DNA of 63,192 nt, counting the filler, from Octopus bimaculoides (Eukaryota): assembly GCF_001194135.2 (NCBI RefSeq). It is 7 parts of 6 records of this genome, joined end to end, with 100 filler letters (N's around TTAATTAATTAA, not from the genome) between each part and the next. Parts side by side here need not be neighbours in the genome. Positions count along the whole stretch, not along the records: positions 1 to 22,909 come from NC_068981.1; 6 more parts are not named here. The stretch is one strand, 5' to 3'. The notes below the pieces were generated by a model. The model did no database searches, had not been told where the DNA came from, and worked only from the letters and a program-made list of their open reading frames with translations. Position 1 is the stretch's first letter. Every line of letters begins with the position of its first letter. Positions 1 through 12,800 of this stretch are shown one piece after another. The position numbers were made by a program, and so were the translations under genes.

Positions 1-47
<47 letters not shown>

Positions 48-2980
48 ATGTATATAGATATATGTACATTTCTACAAACACCTTAATATGTGTGTATGTG
101 TGTGCTTATGCGTAGAACGTTTGTATGTATTTACAGTAAATCTATCAAATTTGGCACGCAGCTCTGTAAAAGTGAAACGTTAAGACTTTCGCTTACTTGT
201 CCACTGATAAGGCAGTCAGAATTACCATACATTCTTGGAATCGATTCAAGTCTTGTTTTGCTGCTTCAGTTTTGAATTTCATTATACGAAAGAATGATCC
301 ATTTATTTCTTATTGTCAGTTATTTAAAGCAGCTATAAATTTATTCATATTGATTATAACGTAGCTGCAACAACGGTGCACCAGAGCATTTACAACAGAA
401 CACAAATCTCGAAAGAAATTTCCAGTCTTTTATAGACAAAAACTTCAGAAAATACATTATGTATGTTCTTTTTGATTTTCACTCGGCCACTGCAAAACTT
501 CCGCTTAATGTTATTTCTTTTTAAAAGGAGAATCACGTCTTTGTACATGGAAACTTTTATTTCGGTACATTCAGATATTCTGTATTTTAAGGTATGTAAA
601 ACATGAGGAATAGGCACGTTATGACATATACTTATTACAAAATTCAGTGTTTCGGACATCTTACTGTAAGCTTACGTATACAACATGTTATCAAAGCAAA
701 AAGAGGAGGTCATGTGCTCAGTTGTTCTGAATTGATTTCCTACTGAAACCATATCTTCAGCATAGCTGAGGATGTCAGACTACAACTCAAGTCTTCTGAA
801 ACTGAAAATTATTGTGTACATATATAATAGAATGGAAATATTGGTCGCAAAAAAAGAGCAAACGTTTAGAATAGAAAGCTGTTGAAACCAATTTATATTT
901 CAACTATTTTCAAACGAAACAAATTGATACAAAGGGCATCAAATGACAGGGAATGAATTTAAAAGCATAAATAAATTCATACCTAGGAACATCAAGAGAG
1001 AACAACACGATACAAACATTGGTTCCATGATGCATATAGTAAGCTTTTAAGATGCAGGGATTGTCCCTTTCGTTTTTGTTAGAGCACAAATAAAAGTCAT
1101 ATGGCCAAAAGCAATAGCTATGCCAGTTTGAAACAGGACTTGAAAAGCTGCAATATCAACAACCGAAAATCCTTGTGCCGATGACACCACACTCCAAATA
1201 ACTCCAGATGACTCCAAATGACTAGGCAAAAGCGATAAGGCAGACGTTAGCGTAAACAGAACATCCGTGATAAAACGATACTTGTTCCCATACCTAAAAA
1301 TGTATACATAAAAATATTGTTGCAGCCGAATTGAAATTCCCTGGATTTGTGCAGTTTATTGAAATGATATCGCAAATATGTTTACAAGATGCATCGTGCA
1401 GTACAACAGATATATGACTAGAGTAGCCTTTCTCTCCAAAATGTACTCCAGCCACAAACTATCAATACTCTGAACCGTGTCACACAGGGTTATGAATGGG
1501 ACCATTTCACAAAGATGCTCTACACAGATATCAAGTAGACTAGTCTAGACAGAAGTTATATTGAAAGTAATTACAGGCGATAATGAAAACCATTTCTATT
1601 CACCCACACCATCTCATATATAGAGGAAACAATTGGCAAATAAAGCAAACAATACACAACAAAAAAATTATCATTGTAACACTACATAACTTCTCACTTT
1701 CCAGTATTATATCAAGAAACGTGTATGCAATAAATATTTGTTTAACTAGTAAATAATATTAAAGAAACCGTTTAGAATCCAATACTGTTTTTTTTTTTAA
1801 TGACAAATAGAAAACATCCATCAGTTTTACAGATAGTGATAGCTATCTCAGTATAGATGATGATAGCGTAATATCTTGCATATATGCATATGAAGTCGTA
1901 ATGGGTAAAACATGTAATAGTAATTCTTGTTATGTTTTTCATATCACTACACTTTCTAGCATGTTATCAATAGCATTGTTGATGTGTTGCATGACATAAC
2001 ACTAACAGTCATATATATANNNNNNNNNNNNNNNNNNNNNNNNNNNNNNNNNNNNNNNNNNNNNNNNNNNNNNNNNNNNNNNNNNNNNNNNNNNNNNNNN
2101 NNNNNNNNNNNNNNNNNNNNNNNNNNNNNNNNNNNNNNNNNNNNNNNNNNNNNNNNNNNNNNNNNNNNNNNNNNNNNNNNNNNNNNNNNNNNNNNNNNNN
2201 NNNNNNNNNNNNNNNNNNNNNNNNNNNNNNNNNNNNNNNNNNNNNNNNNNNNNNNNNNNNNNNNNNNNNNNNNNNNNNNNNNNNNNNNNNNNNNNNNNNN
2301 NNNNNNNNNNNNNNNNNNNNNNNNNNNNNNNNNNNNNNNNNNNNNNNNNNNNNNNNNNNNNNNNNNNNNNNNNNNNNNNNNNNNNNNNNNNNNNNNNNNN
2401 NNNNNNNNNNNNNNNNNNNNNNNNNNNNNNNNNNNNNNNNNNNNNNNNNNNNNNNNNNNNNNNNNNNNNNNNNNNNNNNNNNNNNNNNNNNNNNNNNNNN
2501 NNNNNNNNNNNNNNNNNNNNNNNNNNNNNNNNNNNNNNNNNNNNNNNNNNNNNNNNNNNNNNNNNNNNNNNNNNNNNNNNNNNNNNNNNNNNNNNNNNNN
2601 NNNNNNNNNNNNNNNNNNNNNNNNNNNNNNNNNNNNNNNNNNNNNNNNNNNNNNNNNNNNNNNNNNNNNNNNNNNNNNNNNNNNNNNNNNNNNNNNNNNN
2701 NNNNNNNNNNNNNNNNNNNNNNNNNNNNNNNNNNNNNNNNNNNNNNNNNNNNNNNNNNNNNNNNNNNNNNNNNNNNNNNNNNNNNNNNNNNNNNNNNNNN
2801 NNNNNNNNNNNNNNNNNNNNNNNNNNNNNNNNNNNNNNNNNNNNNNNNNNNNNNNNNNNNNNNNNNNNNNNNNNNNNNNNNNNNNNNNNNNNNNNTATAT
2901 ATATACTCATATATACATGTGGATATGTAGGCAGGGATATGTGGTCTACATGTGTATATACATATATATATATATATATA

Positions 2981-3839
2981 TATTGTTTTCAATTCCATGA
3001 AAGTAAAGTCGGAAGAGGATGGAATAATCTACCTGAATCAACTTGCTATAAAAGTAGCAAGTACTTTTAGCTTGGCCTTATTCTTAGTGCAAATTTTGAA
3101 GAGTGCGGTTCGATTTTCACAATTACTTCTAAAAGTTATAATGGAAGTGTTAAAAGAGAATATTCGGCCTATGTTGCTTTATGTGTTGAATAAAGAAAAG
3201 ACAACGGAAAGTGCGAGGAATATTAATGCCGTATACGGAGATCGGACAGAAAGTGTAAGCTATTGTTATCGTCGGTTCCAGAAATTCCGAGCCGGAAACT
3301 ACAGCCTAGAAGTCAAGCCTCATCCCGGAAGATCTATAGAATTCGACGAGGACGTCCTGTTGACGCTGGTGGAACAAAATTCCATCGTAACTGTAGAGAA
3401 ACTAGCAGAAAACTTTGGATTTGGCCCTTTAACCATTCAGTGACACCTGCGCTAGAAGCAAAACGAACATCTTTGGGTTCAAGACGAAAGTTGCTCTTCC
3501 ATCGGGATAATGTTCGGCCGCATACAGCAAGGATGATATTCGAAAGGTTGGAATAGTTTGAATGGAAAACAATGCCCCACCCGACAAATTCTTCAAAATC
3601 ATTTGGACGGACAAAATAAGGTCTCTGTAGACGAGATCAGAACAGTACTGGCGGAGTACTTTTCGTCACGTTCAAGTCAATTTTGGAAGATAAGCCTTGG
3701 AAATCCACCAGATAGATGGAAGAGCATTGTAGAAAATGAAGGAGAGCCTATTTTATTTATAAAAGAAATTTGACTAGCATAAATCTGAAAATTAAAAGAA
3801 GTGTTAAAAAAAACGCATTATTTATCGGATGACCCAATA
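2981..3839 (+). mobile_element. Non-autonomous mariner (Tc1/mariner) element, internally deleted
   Basis: Transposase N-terminal HTH region (MEVLKENIRPMLLYVLN..ESARNINAVYGD..FQKFRAGNYSLE..GRSIEFDEDVL) is joined directly to C-terminal pieces (FHRDNVRPHTA, resembling the LHDNARPH motif; ..DRWKSIVENEG). There are stops and frameshifts. The right TIR ends ..CATTATTTATCGGATGACCCAATA followed by TA; only TATTG remains of the left TIR, next to a (TA)n tract. Confidence 0.85.
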
Positions 3840-5088
3840 TATATGCCTGTGTGTGATCGTTTGTCCGTATGGAGAAAAGGTCCGAGGATCAAACACAGAA
3901 TTTAATTTAATTAAGTTTTTTTTTTAATCGATTACACGACTAGAGTGAGAAAATATTTCAAATGAGTTAGCATGTATGATTGCTGCGACTGATTTACATT
4001 TATAACATCTTCGGTCTAGATAGTATTGGTGTATCTTATATGAGTATAACATTTTATACCTAAGATCCTCTCGTCTATTAAGGCAATTTTAATCTAAATC
4101 TGGCAAATAATATAGTAAGATGGCGACTATTTTCAAGAATTCAAACTAAATGAATACCCATTTCCCAAAGAAAATTCTTACTAGAAAAGGAGAAAAATGG
4201 AACATTAATAATCTACTGGCTTTAAAAGTAAAAAAAGAAAAAAAATTGTTTTCTATATTCCATTATGTTTATCTAATCACTGTGTTCATATAAATATATA
4301 TTCTTTGTAAATACCTTAATCAATTATATTTGAGTGTTTTCTGTTGACATAAATTTCGTAAATTTCGTATCTCATCGGATGGAGACATTTCTTATTTCGT
4401 ATCTGGTGGATCGTACTCTTGATGGAGGGTCATGTTATCGTATATGGGAAACGGAATTTGCATTGTTATATTGAACGATAGTTCACTGAGTTTCAATTTA
4501 GATTCGTTTCTAAAGCATCTCTCGAAATGCAGTTTACTGAGTTTCATGGAATGCTTGTTTCATCACATATGCATTGATATGTCTACGGTACTGAGTTACG
4601 TAAAATGTGTGTATGACACATTATTGCTCATCCTTTGAAAAAATGTGTTTAATTTTGTTTGGAGTGTTAACGCTATTAAGATATAAGAGAGAGTTCTATA
4701 TACACAACTTCCATCGGTGTATTGGCAATTATGAGACTAACATAAGAAATAAAGAATAATCGCGGAGGAAGTAGAGGAAATTTCTGAATCTACTCTGCGT
4801 AAGTGAATGTTGTTTTAGGCCTGCTCGTTCCAAAAGTAAAGATTGCCCTTGTTGAAGTGTTGGAAATGATATATAGAGTGGGAAATCCATATGTGAGGAA
4901 GTGTCGCTCAGTACATGTACCCAAATTACATAAAAGATGTAGTTGAGTTCCACCTCAAAACCTGAGGTGTTAAGTATTGTTTATGTTTATATGCGGAGCT
5001 GAAATATGAGTATTGTTAAGGCGCCTCAAACGCTGAGTGTCAATATTACCACTGATCAAACCGTAACGCAATTACATATTTCTTATAC

Positions 5089-5272
5089 GGTGGTGAGCTG
5101 GCAGAAACGTTAGCACGCCGGGCAAATTGCTTAGCGGTATTTTATCTGCCATTTCGTTCTGAGTTCATATTCCGCCGAAATCGACTTTGCCTTTCTTCTT
5201 TTCGGGGTCGAGAAATTAAGTACCAGTGCGTGTTGGGGTCGAGCTAATCGACTTTCCCCCTCCCCCCAAATT
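5089..5272 (+). mobile_element. SINE family B copy
   Basis: GGTGAGCTGGCAGAAACGTTAGCACGCCGGGC..GAGTTCATATTCC..GGGGTCGAGAAATTAAGTACCAG. Confidence 0.8.
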
Positions 5273-7094
5273 TATTATACGGCAACTAAAGCATGAGTCA
5301 CTATCAATCCTCAGATCTAATTATAAGCTAGTATCTGTCTGATTGCTCTGTTTTCGAAAGGGAAAGTCGCTTTCCTTCATATTTCCTTTGCATTGTACGT
5401 TTGTGGCTATACATCCACAAAACATATCTAAATCACCAAATGATTTTCTGCGATGTATGTACAATACCAAACCTAACAAGTTTGGTTGGTTTACTGTATT
5501 AAGAGACATTTTAGCCGGATGTGGATACTATTCAGTGACTCTCTAAATTCCTGTACTTGCCTGTCGGCGTTGATGATGGGTGACATTTTCGTTTTTTAAC
5601 ATCTACCATGTAATATCTTCTTTTGCTAACATGTGTTGTTTACATGTCCTTTACTTCTTTAAATTTCCATTCATTTCAATTAGCTTCATTATATATTTTA
5701 TAATTGTTTTTCGTAGTAGTGTATGTCGCTCAGAATTATTTTGGGATTGTTGACTCCTAATATGACATATACAAAAAAAAAAAACAATCGGATGTGGACC
5801 TAATTCCATATCTCCTAAATTTGTGGCACTGTTTGTTGCAGCTTTAATGTCACTATATTTATTAATGTCCCTATTCACAGACTCTGTCTTCATTTTCAAC
5901 TTAGTTGGCTTTTAGAAGCCATATTTGCAAAAAAAAACAAAAAAAAACAACTTTCCGACGATTAAATAATCGGTATAGATCGTTGATATTCTTATCTCCT
6001 CAGGGCATATTGTGTGTTAGCTGGCATAAGATTGCTTTGCAATAGCTCATGGCTAGAAAAGGAAGTTCTGCAATATAGTAGTTTCGATTTATCATGTTAT
6101 TCCTTTCCAAAATACAGGCGGCTAGATAGAAAGAACACGATGCATGACAAGAAATAAGTCCGGGAATATATATTTTGCATACATAAGTAGAATCAAAAAC
6201 AGATAAACAGAGAGTAGAAAACATAATACCCTGAAGTGATACATAATGCATAGTAAGAGAGTGACAATATTATAGATTGAAAAAGTATCATTACATGATT
6301 CGCAGTAGCGTATTTACTCATAACAAATATGCAAAGTTTTAACTTTATGAGGAAACATTCCTGACATCGTCAAAAAATAGTGGTGAATATATTCTGTTAT
6401 TTAATATTTACGTTTAACATTTATCTGTAAAGAGACATAAAATACCACTGACTATCGAATGTAGAGAATTGGACACAATTTATATTATAGAGAGACGCCA
6501 TCTACATTGAGCTAATAGAGTTGGTTAAGTGCAAACATGCTTACTGTAGGGAGATGTAGTCTTGGGTCAGTTATTGTGCAGTGATCACGACAAGAAATGC
6601 ACCTTACTTTTGCATATCCGTTGGGTTCATCCATTGATATTTCTTTGGAATTCTACTGTCTTTCTTTGAAGAGGTCAAATCACACAGAATCATATCCGCA
6701 ATTGCCATCGCACTGCAACTGATGCAATTAGATAAATGTTATTCCTGAAGCTAATCTTTTCATCTCTTCCCTGCATGAGTAATTCTAATTGTGATTAATT
6801 AAAGCTGCAATCCTTTGTCTTGAACATATCTAATTAGCAATAGTAACTGTGCTCCTTTTCTCTTCATATCATTGTTTAGGTAATTTCAGCTAAATAAATT
6901 CTTTGTTTGCTCACCAACACACCTGGGTATATATTTTATTATATTGCAATCATTTAAAGAAAATACGTGATACGCAGGAAGATTTATAAGCTACACAAAA
7001 GCGAGACAAATAAAAAGTAAAACACTTGCATCGCCATTTATATACACATACATAGATACATAGATACATAAATATATACATATATACATACACA

Positions 7095-7134
7095 CATTGC
7101 AGCTTATCCCAATCTCTCTCACTGTGTCTGTCTT

Positions 7135-7186
<52 letters not shown>

Positions 7187-8371
7187 CTTTCGTTCTGGTT
7201 CTTGCACCCTATCTCTTCCCGCTCACAGCTACATTTACTTAACTATTAATGGAACACATCTGCATAATTGGGCACCGTTAATCCATATAATAACACTAAC
7301 TACAGTTTTATAGATAATGTTTGTGTGGAATAGCCGTTTAGGACGTTACATGCCAAATTATATGCGAAAGTCTGTGGTTTGTGTCCTTTGCATTGGGAGA
7401 ATTTATCCATGTGCTATGTGCATGTTAGATAGTCATTTCTTTCGTGATGATATTTAATAAAGCAGGATTAGTTGAAGTATATATANNNNNNNNNNNNNNN
7501 NNNNNNNNNNNNNNNNNNNNNNNNNNNNNNNNNNNNNNNNNNNNNNNNNNNNNNNNNNNNNNNNNNNNNNNNNNNNNNNNNNNNNNNNNNNNNNNNNNNN
7601 NNNNNNNNNNNNNNNNNNNNNNNNNNNNNNNNNNNNNNNNNNNNNNNNNNNNNNNNNNNNNNNNNNNNNNNNNNNNNNNNNNNNNNNNNNNNNNNNNNNN
7701 NNNNNNNNNNNNNNNNNNNNNNNNNNNNNNNNNNNNNNNNNNNNNNNNNNNNNNNNNNNNNNNNNNNNNNNNNNNNNNNNNNNNNNNNNNNNNNNNNNNN
7801 NNNNNNNNNNNNNNNNNNNNNNNNNNNNNNNNNNNNNNNNNNNNNNNNNNNNNNNNNNNNNNNNNNNNNNNNNNNNNNNNNNNNNNNNNNNNNNNNNNNN
7901 NNNNNNNNNNNNNNNNNNNNNNNNNNNNNNNNNNNNNNNNNNNNNNNNNNNNNNNNNNNNNNNNNNNNNNNNNATATAAACTTGTGTTCAACATTGATAT
8001 GCGATTTGAACTTCAATCTCTAATGGGTCCATAAGTTTTGTTGCCTTGGGAAAGTTTTAGAGTTGCTGATGTCGTCAAGAGACGCAGGACGTATAACTTC
8101 ACGCTTGTGCACACACATGCACAAGCATATATATATACATATATTCCAGAACTCAAAAACAAAGTTGTTCACGTGTCTCATTAAGTTAGGTACAACGTAA
8201 GAAATCTTTCGAACAGCGCCGAGCATTAATATTTCAAAAATGATTCATATAAAATCTACTTACGTCACACGCTGACCTTCCTTCCCTTCTCTCTAACCAC
8301 TCATTGCAGCTTATCCCAATCTCTCTCACTGTGTCTGTCTTTGTCTGTCTCTGTCTCTCTCTGTCTCTCTC

Positions 8372-8402
<31 letters not shown>

Positions 8403-8495
8403 NNNNNNNNNNTTCGCTTTCGTTCTGGTTCTTGCACCCTATCTCTTCCCGCTCACAGCTACATTTACTTAACTATTAATGGAACACATCTGCAT
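7095..8495 (+). repeat. Near-identical direct repeat: 7095-7265 and 8302-8495
   Basis: CATTGCAGCTTATCCCAATCTCTCTCACTGTG..(CT)n..TTCGCTTTCGTTCTGG..GGAACACATCTGCAT appears twice, on either side of a gap. Confidence 0.85.
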
Positions 8496-9850
8496 TATTT
8501 ATCTTTTCTCACACTTCCCTCAATTTACACAATAACATTTAACCCATACGAAAGGAAATAAATCGGGTAATCATCACAACCAAATTCATTTTCTCAAATT
8601 CATGACACCCTCGGATTTAGTCCTCAGGTTTTTCTGAAACAAAGGGTTTTGAGTAACAACTTCTTTCAGTTTGAGAAGTTGCAATATTTAAAATCTTTAA
8701 TGCCAACGGGTTCTCTCTATGCATCTCTAACCAATCACATTTAGTGAGTGTAGTTTGTCAGGTTATGTTAGTCAAGTTTGATCTTTCATAAATTTTGCTT
8801 GTGTCATGTCATGGTCCTTAAGATATGAAACATTTTCAAACGATAGCTATATATATATATATTGTATAATAGATACAATAGAAAAGGTTCAAATAAGGCA
8901 GACTGCGATTAACACATACATATACGAGTTTAATTAGGATAAAATAAGTATTGTCCAATTAGAAAGATATACTGATATATTTCTATATTATTTTTTATCT
9001 ACATTCCATTGTCATGATGTTTATAAATCTATACATCTATATGTCCATATATGTATATTGTTTGTATGTATATATTTTTATATTTCTATATTTTTATATT
9101 TCTAATATATCAATATATGTTTCGGATTAGACAATTCTTATTTTATCACAATTAAACCCGTATATGTATGTGTTACCCGTAGTCTGCCTGATTTGAAATT
9201 TTCTATTGAATGTATTATACTTCTCGCGTTCGGCTTGAGTACTTCTACGGTATCTGAGTTTCGAATGAAAATTACATGTATATATATATATATATATATA
9301 TNNNNNNNNNNNNNNNNNNNNNNNNNNNNNNNNNNNNNNNNNNNNNNNNNNNNNNNNNNNNNNNNNNNNNNNNNNNNNNNNNNNNNNNNNNNNNNNNNNN
9401 NNNNNNNNNNNNNNNNNNNNNNNNNNNNNNNNNNNNNNNNNNNNNNNNNNNNNNNNNNNNNNNNNNNNNNNNNNNNNNNNNNNNNNNNNNNNNNNNNNNN
9501 NNNNNNNNNNNNNNNNNNNNNNNNNNNNNNNNNNNNNNNNNNNNNNNNNNNNNNNNNNNNNNNNNNNNNNNNNNNNNNNNNNNNNNNNNNNNNNNNNNNN
9601 NNNNNNNNNNNNNNNNNNNNNNNNNNNNNNNNNNNNNNNNNNNNNNNNNNNNNNNNNNNNNNNNNNNNNNNNNNNNNNNNNNNNNNNNNNNNNNNNNNNN
9701 NNNNNNNNNNNNNNNNNNNNNNNNNNNNNNNNNNNNNNNNNNNNNNNNNNNNNNNNNNNNNNNNNNNNNNNNNNNNNNNNNNNNNNNNNNNNNNNNNNNN
9801 NNNNNNNNNNNNNNNNNNNNNNNNNNNNNNNNNNNNNNNNNNNNNNNNNN

Positions 9851-9895
<45 letters not shown>

Positions 9896-12800
9896 GAGAG
9901 AGAGCGGGAGAGAGAGAGAGAGCGGGAGAGAGAGAGAAATCTAGATAGACAGACAGAGAGTAGCATATACGTGTGTGCGCATGCTTTTATGTGTGTATAT
10001 ATGTATGAATTATGGATTTAATGTATGTCCGCTTTCAGATTTAATTATTTCTTTTAGATATACACTTTTATCATGCAATCTACTATATCATAAACTTCCG
10101 ACTAAAATATTTGCTTTTACTATAGTATTAGTGGGAAATTGCACATAGTATATTTAAGAGATTGCATAAAGGTTCAATAATATAACAAAAATGTTCTACC
10201 TGTAGCATTCCAAATCGCAAAAAAAATCTATAAACAGTATAATCAGGCAATATACATCAGTTTTTCTGATAAAGAAATTCCTACATCCATATGAGCGGTA
10301 TTCAATATTGTGACCTTTATTGCCTCTTTATGTAACACTGTAAACATTCAGCGTTAAGAAAACAAATACCATTTGCAACGAATACACTACCATAAGAAGA
10401 TCGTCATTCTAAATATATGACATCGGAAAATTTAACTTTGACCATAATTATTTAAAATATCCATACGCCGCAATCAGTATAGTGCAATGAAATTTTGAAT
10501 CCAAGAATTTCAGTTTCAGACACGACTGTTGTAAAAATTAATGGATGGTCATGTTGCTGTGGCTTGAGAGTCTTCTAATAAACGTGAGAAATAAGTGAAT
10601 ATAATAGGGTTAGTTTCTTCACTAAGCCTTTGATGCAGGATAATTTTACAAATGCAATTTGCAGAACCGTGCTTAGTGGATATGGTACACAAATATCCAT
10701 GCATGCGATAAATATTATATTGAATACAGTGAATTAATACTAAGTGGCTCTTTTATATATGTAATCATTGATTGCAATGTATGTTCTCTGAATGTTATTA
10801 TCTGAAACGTGAACCAAATATCAGCAGAGAGAGTCGCTAGTCTTGTAAATAGTGTATTAAACAAGTCCTACGTTTGGAAAGTATATTACCTATACTTTCC
10901 AAAATTGAAGTGGCTACAATGTCACTTTAATTTTGTAACAAAAAGCATTTTCCTATTTTGTATGCCTCTTTGTTTTACAGGAGTGGGTAATCTAATTCAA
11001 AAAGCCAAAAACATTGTTCAAATGAGACCACAGGAAACCTTACGTTAAGACCTTAACTTTCAATACAGTGAGTTGTTAACTGAGGGTAATGTGGCTGTTA
11101 TTCCAAGCTGGCTAAGTGACCACGATGATCTGTCAGTTTTTCAAGAAAATGATATTTGTAAAATTGCATAAAAATCTATTTTCAGTAACTCTACATAATG
11201 TTTATGGAACTTTCAGAACTCTGTTTCTTGCTGGTAATATTTAATGATGTATTTAAGATAATTTATTGTATTAATGTCATTGTATCATCTTGGTACATTG
11301 ATGATTAATTACATTATCTTCCAGATATAACCAGCGAGACAACATTTCTCTTTGCATTACTTGTTTAATGCCCTCCATTATTACGTATAACGGAATTTAT
11401 TTTCTAACGATTTCTAGTTTATGGATAACTAAGATGTAAAATTCAGAACGCGATATGATGAATTGCATAATGATATTGTGAGATAACGCGTACATACTAG
11501 CATAATTATACCACCTTCTAGAGGATAATACATTTCATTGTTTCTATTATTATTCAGCGTTTTAGTTTCTCTCAATTTCTGATAAGAGTAATGTCGTTAA
11601 CTTTGAAATATATTAATCTATAATTTCTGTACCATTCTATGCATAGTCATTACACAGTTACACTCTTTATATGAGTTGATTATACCTCGTCAGATGTTGC
11701 CGTCTTTATATAGATATATTATCTGCGTACTTAAATATTTGATTTAAACATATATTTGGATTTATAAGCTTATTCCAAATTTTCGCGTCAAACATTTTTA
11801 TAAACTGTCTGTTTTATATTTTATTACTCGATCATATTATAACGTGATATTCAGAATTCTCCAGTCAAACATTACTTAATATAAACTCTCTGTAAGTAGA
11901 GCAGTGTCTACAAATCTTTCAAGGCTATATATTTCATGACGCTGACGAAATAGGGAAGGTATTATGAACATTTTCAATTTAAGAATAATAATTACGTCTC
12001 TTGTTACCAAAGCACAAAAATGTGCATTCTGTTTCAGGAAATTGATTTGTAGCTTAACAGACATTAAGGATGTAATATGTGAAATGCCGAATTACAAATA
12101 GAATAGGAACAACAGACTTCAATAGTAGGATGATGGACCACAACAATACAATTTTTGAACGTTGTCAATGGAATATGGTGCGCAACAGTGCTGTATCAAT
12201 CTCTTGGACATTTTCGTAATTATCATTATCTGAGCGACGTTTAAAATCAAGCCAGACTTACTAAACAGAATATGATAGACACTTCTCATCTGTTTAGAAT
12301 ATTTTGCTTCTAGAGATGTCTGTACAAAATTTCCACAAATAAGGACCATCAACAAACACTGACGGAGAGCTAGACAATGCACGCAATTTCTAATTTCAAT
12401 ACACAATACAACAAACTTCCGACATTAACTCCAACAAATGTGCACCTTCTCCTCTTGTAGATGGATTTCAAAGTATGTAGATAAATTAATTTATCTAGAA
12501 AAGTTTATCAGCTAATTTATGAAGAAAGACTTATAAGTGTGTCTACAAAATTTCACAGGTTATTCGCTAGCCTGAAGTTGATTTTCAAGTTAAGGCAATA
12601 ATCCCGATACAAAAGCTTTAATTTTGGAACTATACCGCAAAACGATTTGCAGTGTTTTGCTCAATGGAATGAGAGATATGTCGCAGAGAGATAGGCTCCG
12701 CACAAACCATAGGAAAGAACCAAGCACTAAAAGTGAAAAATAAACAAGGCAAATGTAATATTAACACGGATACCAAATGGAAATTGAAATATTGATGAAC

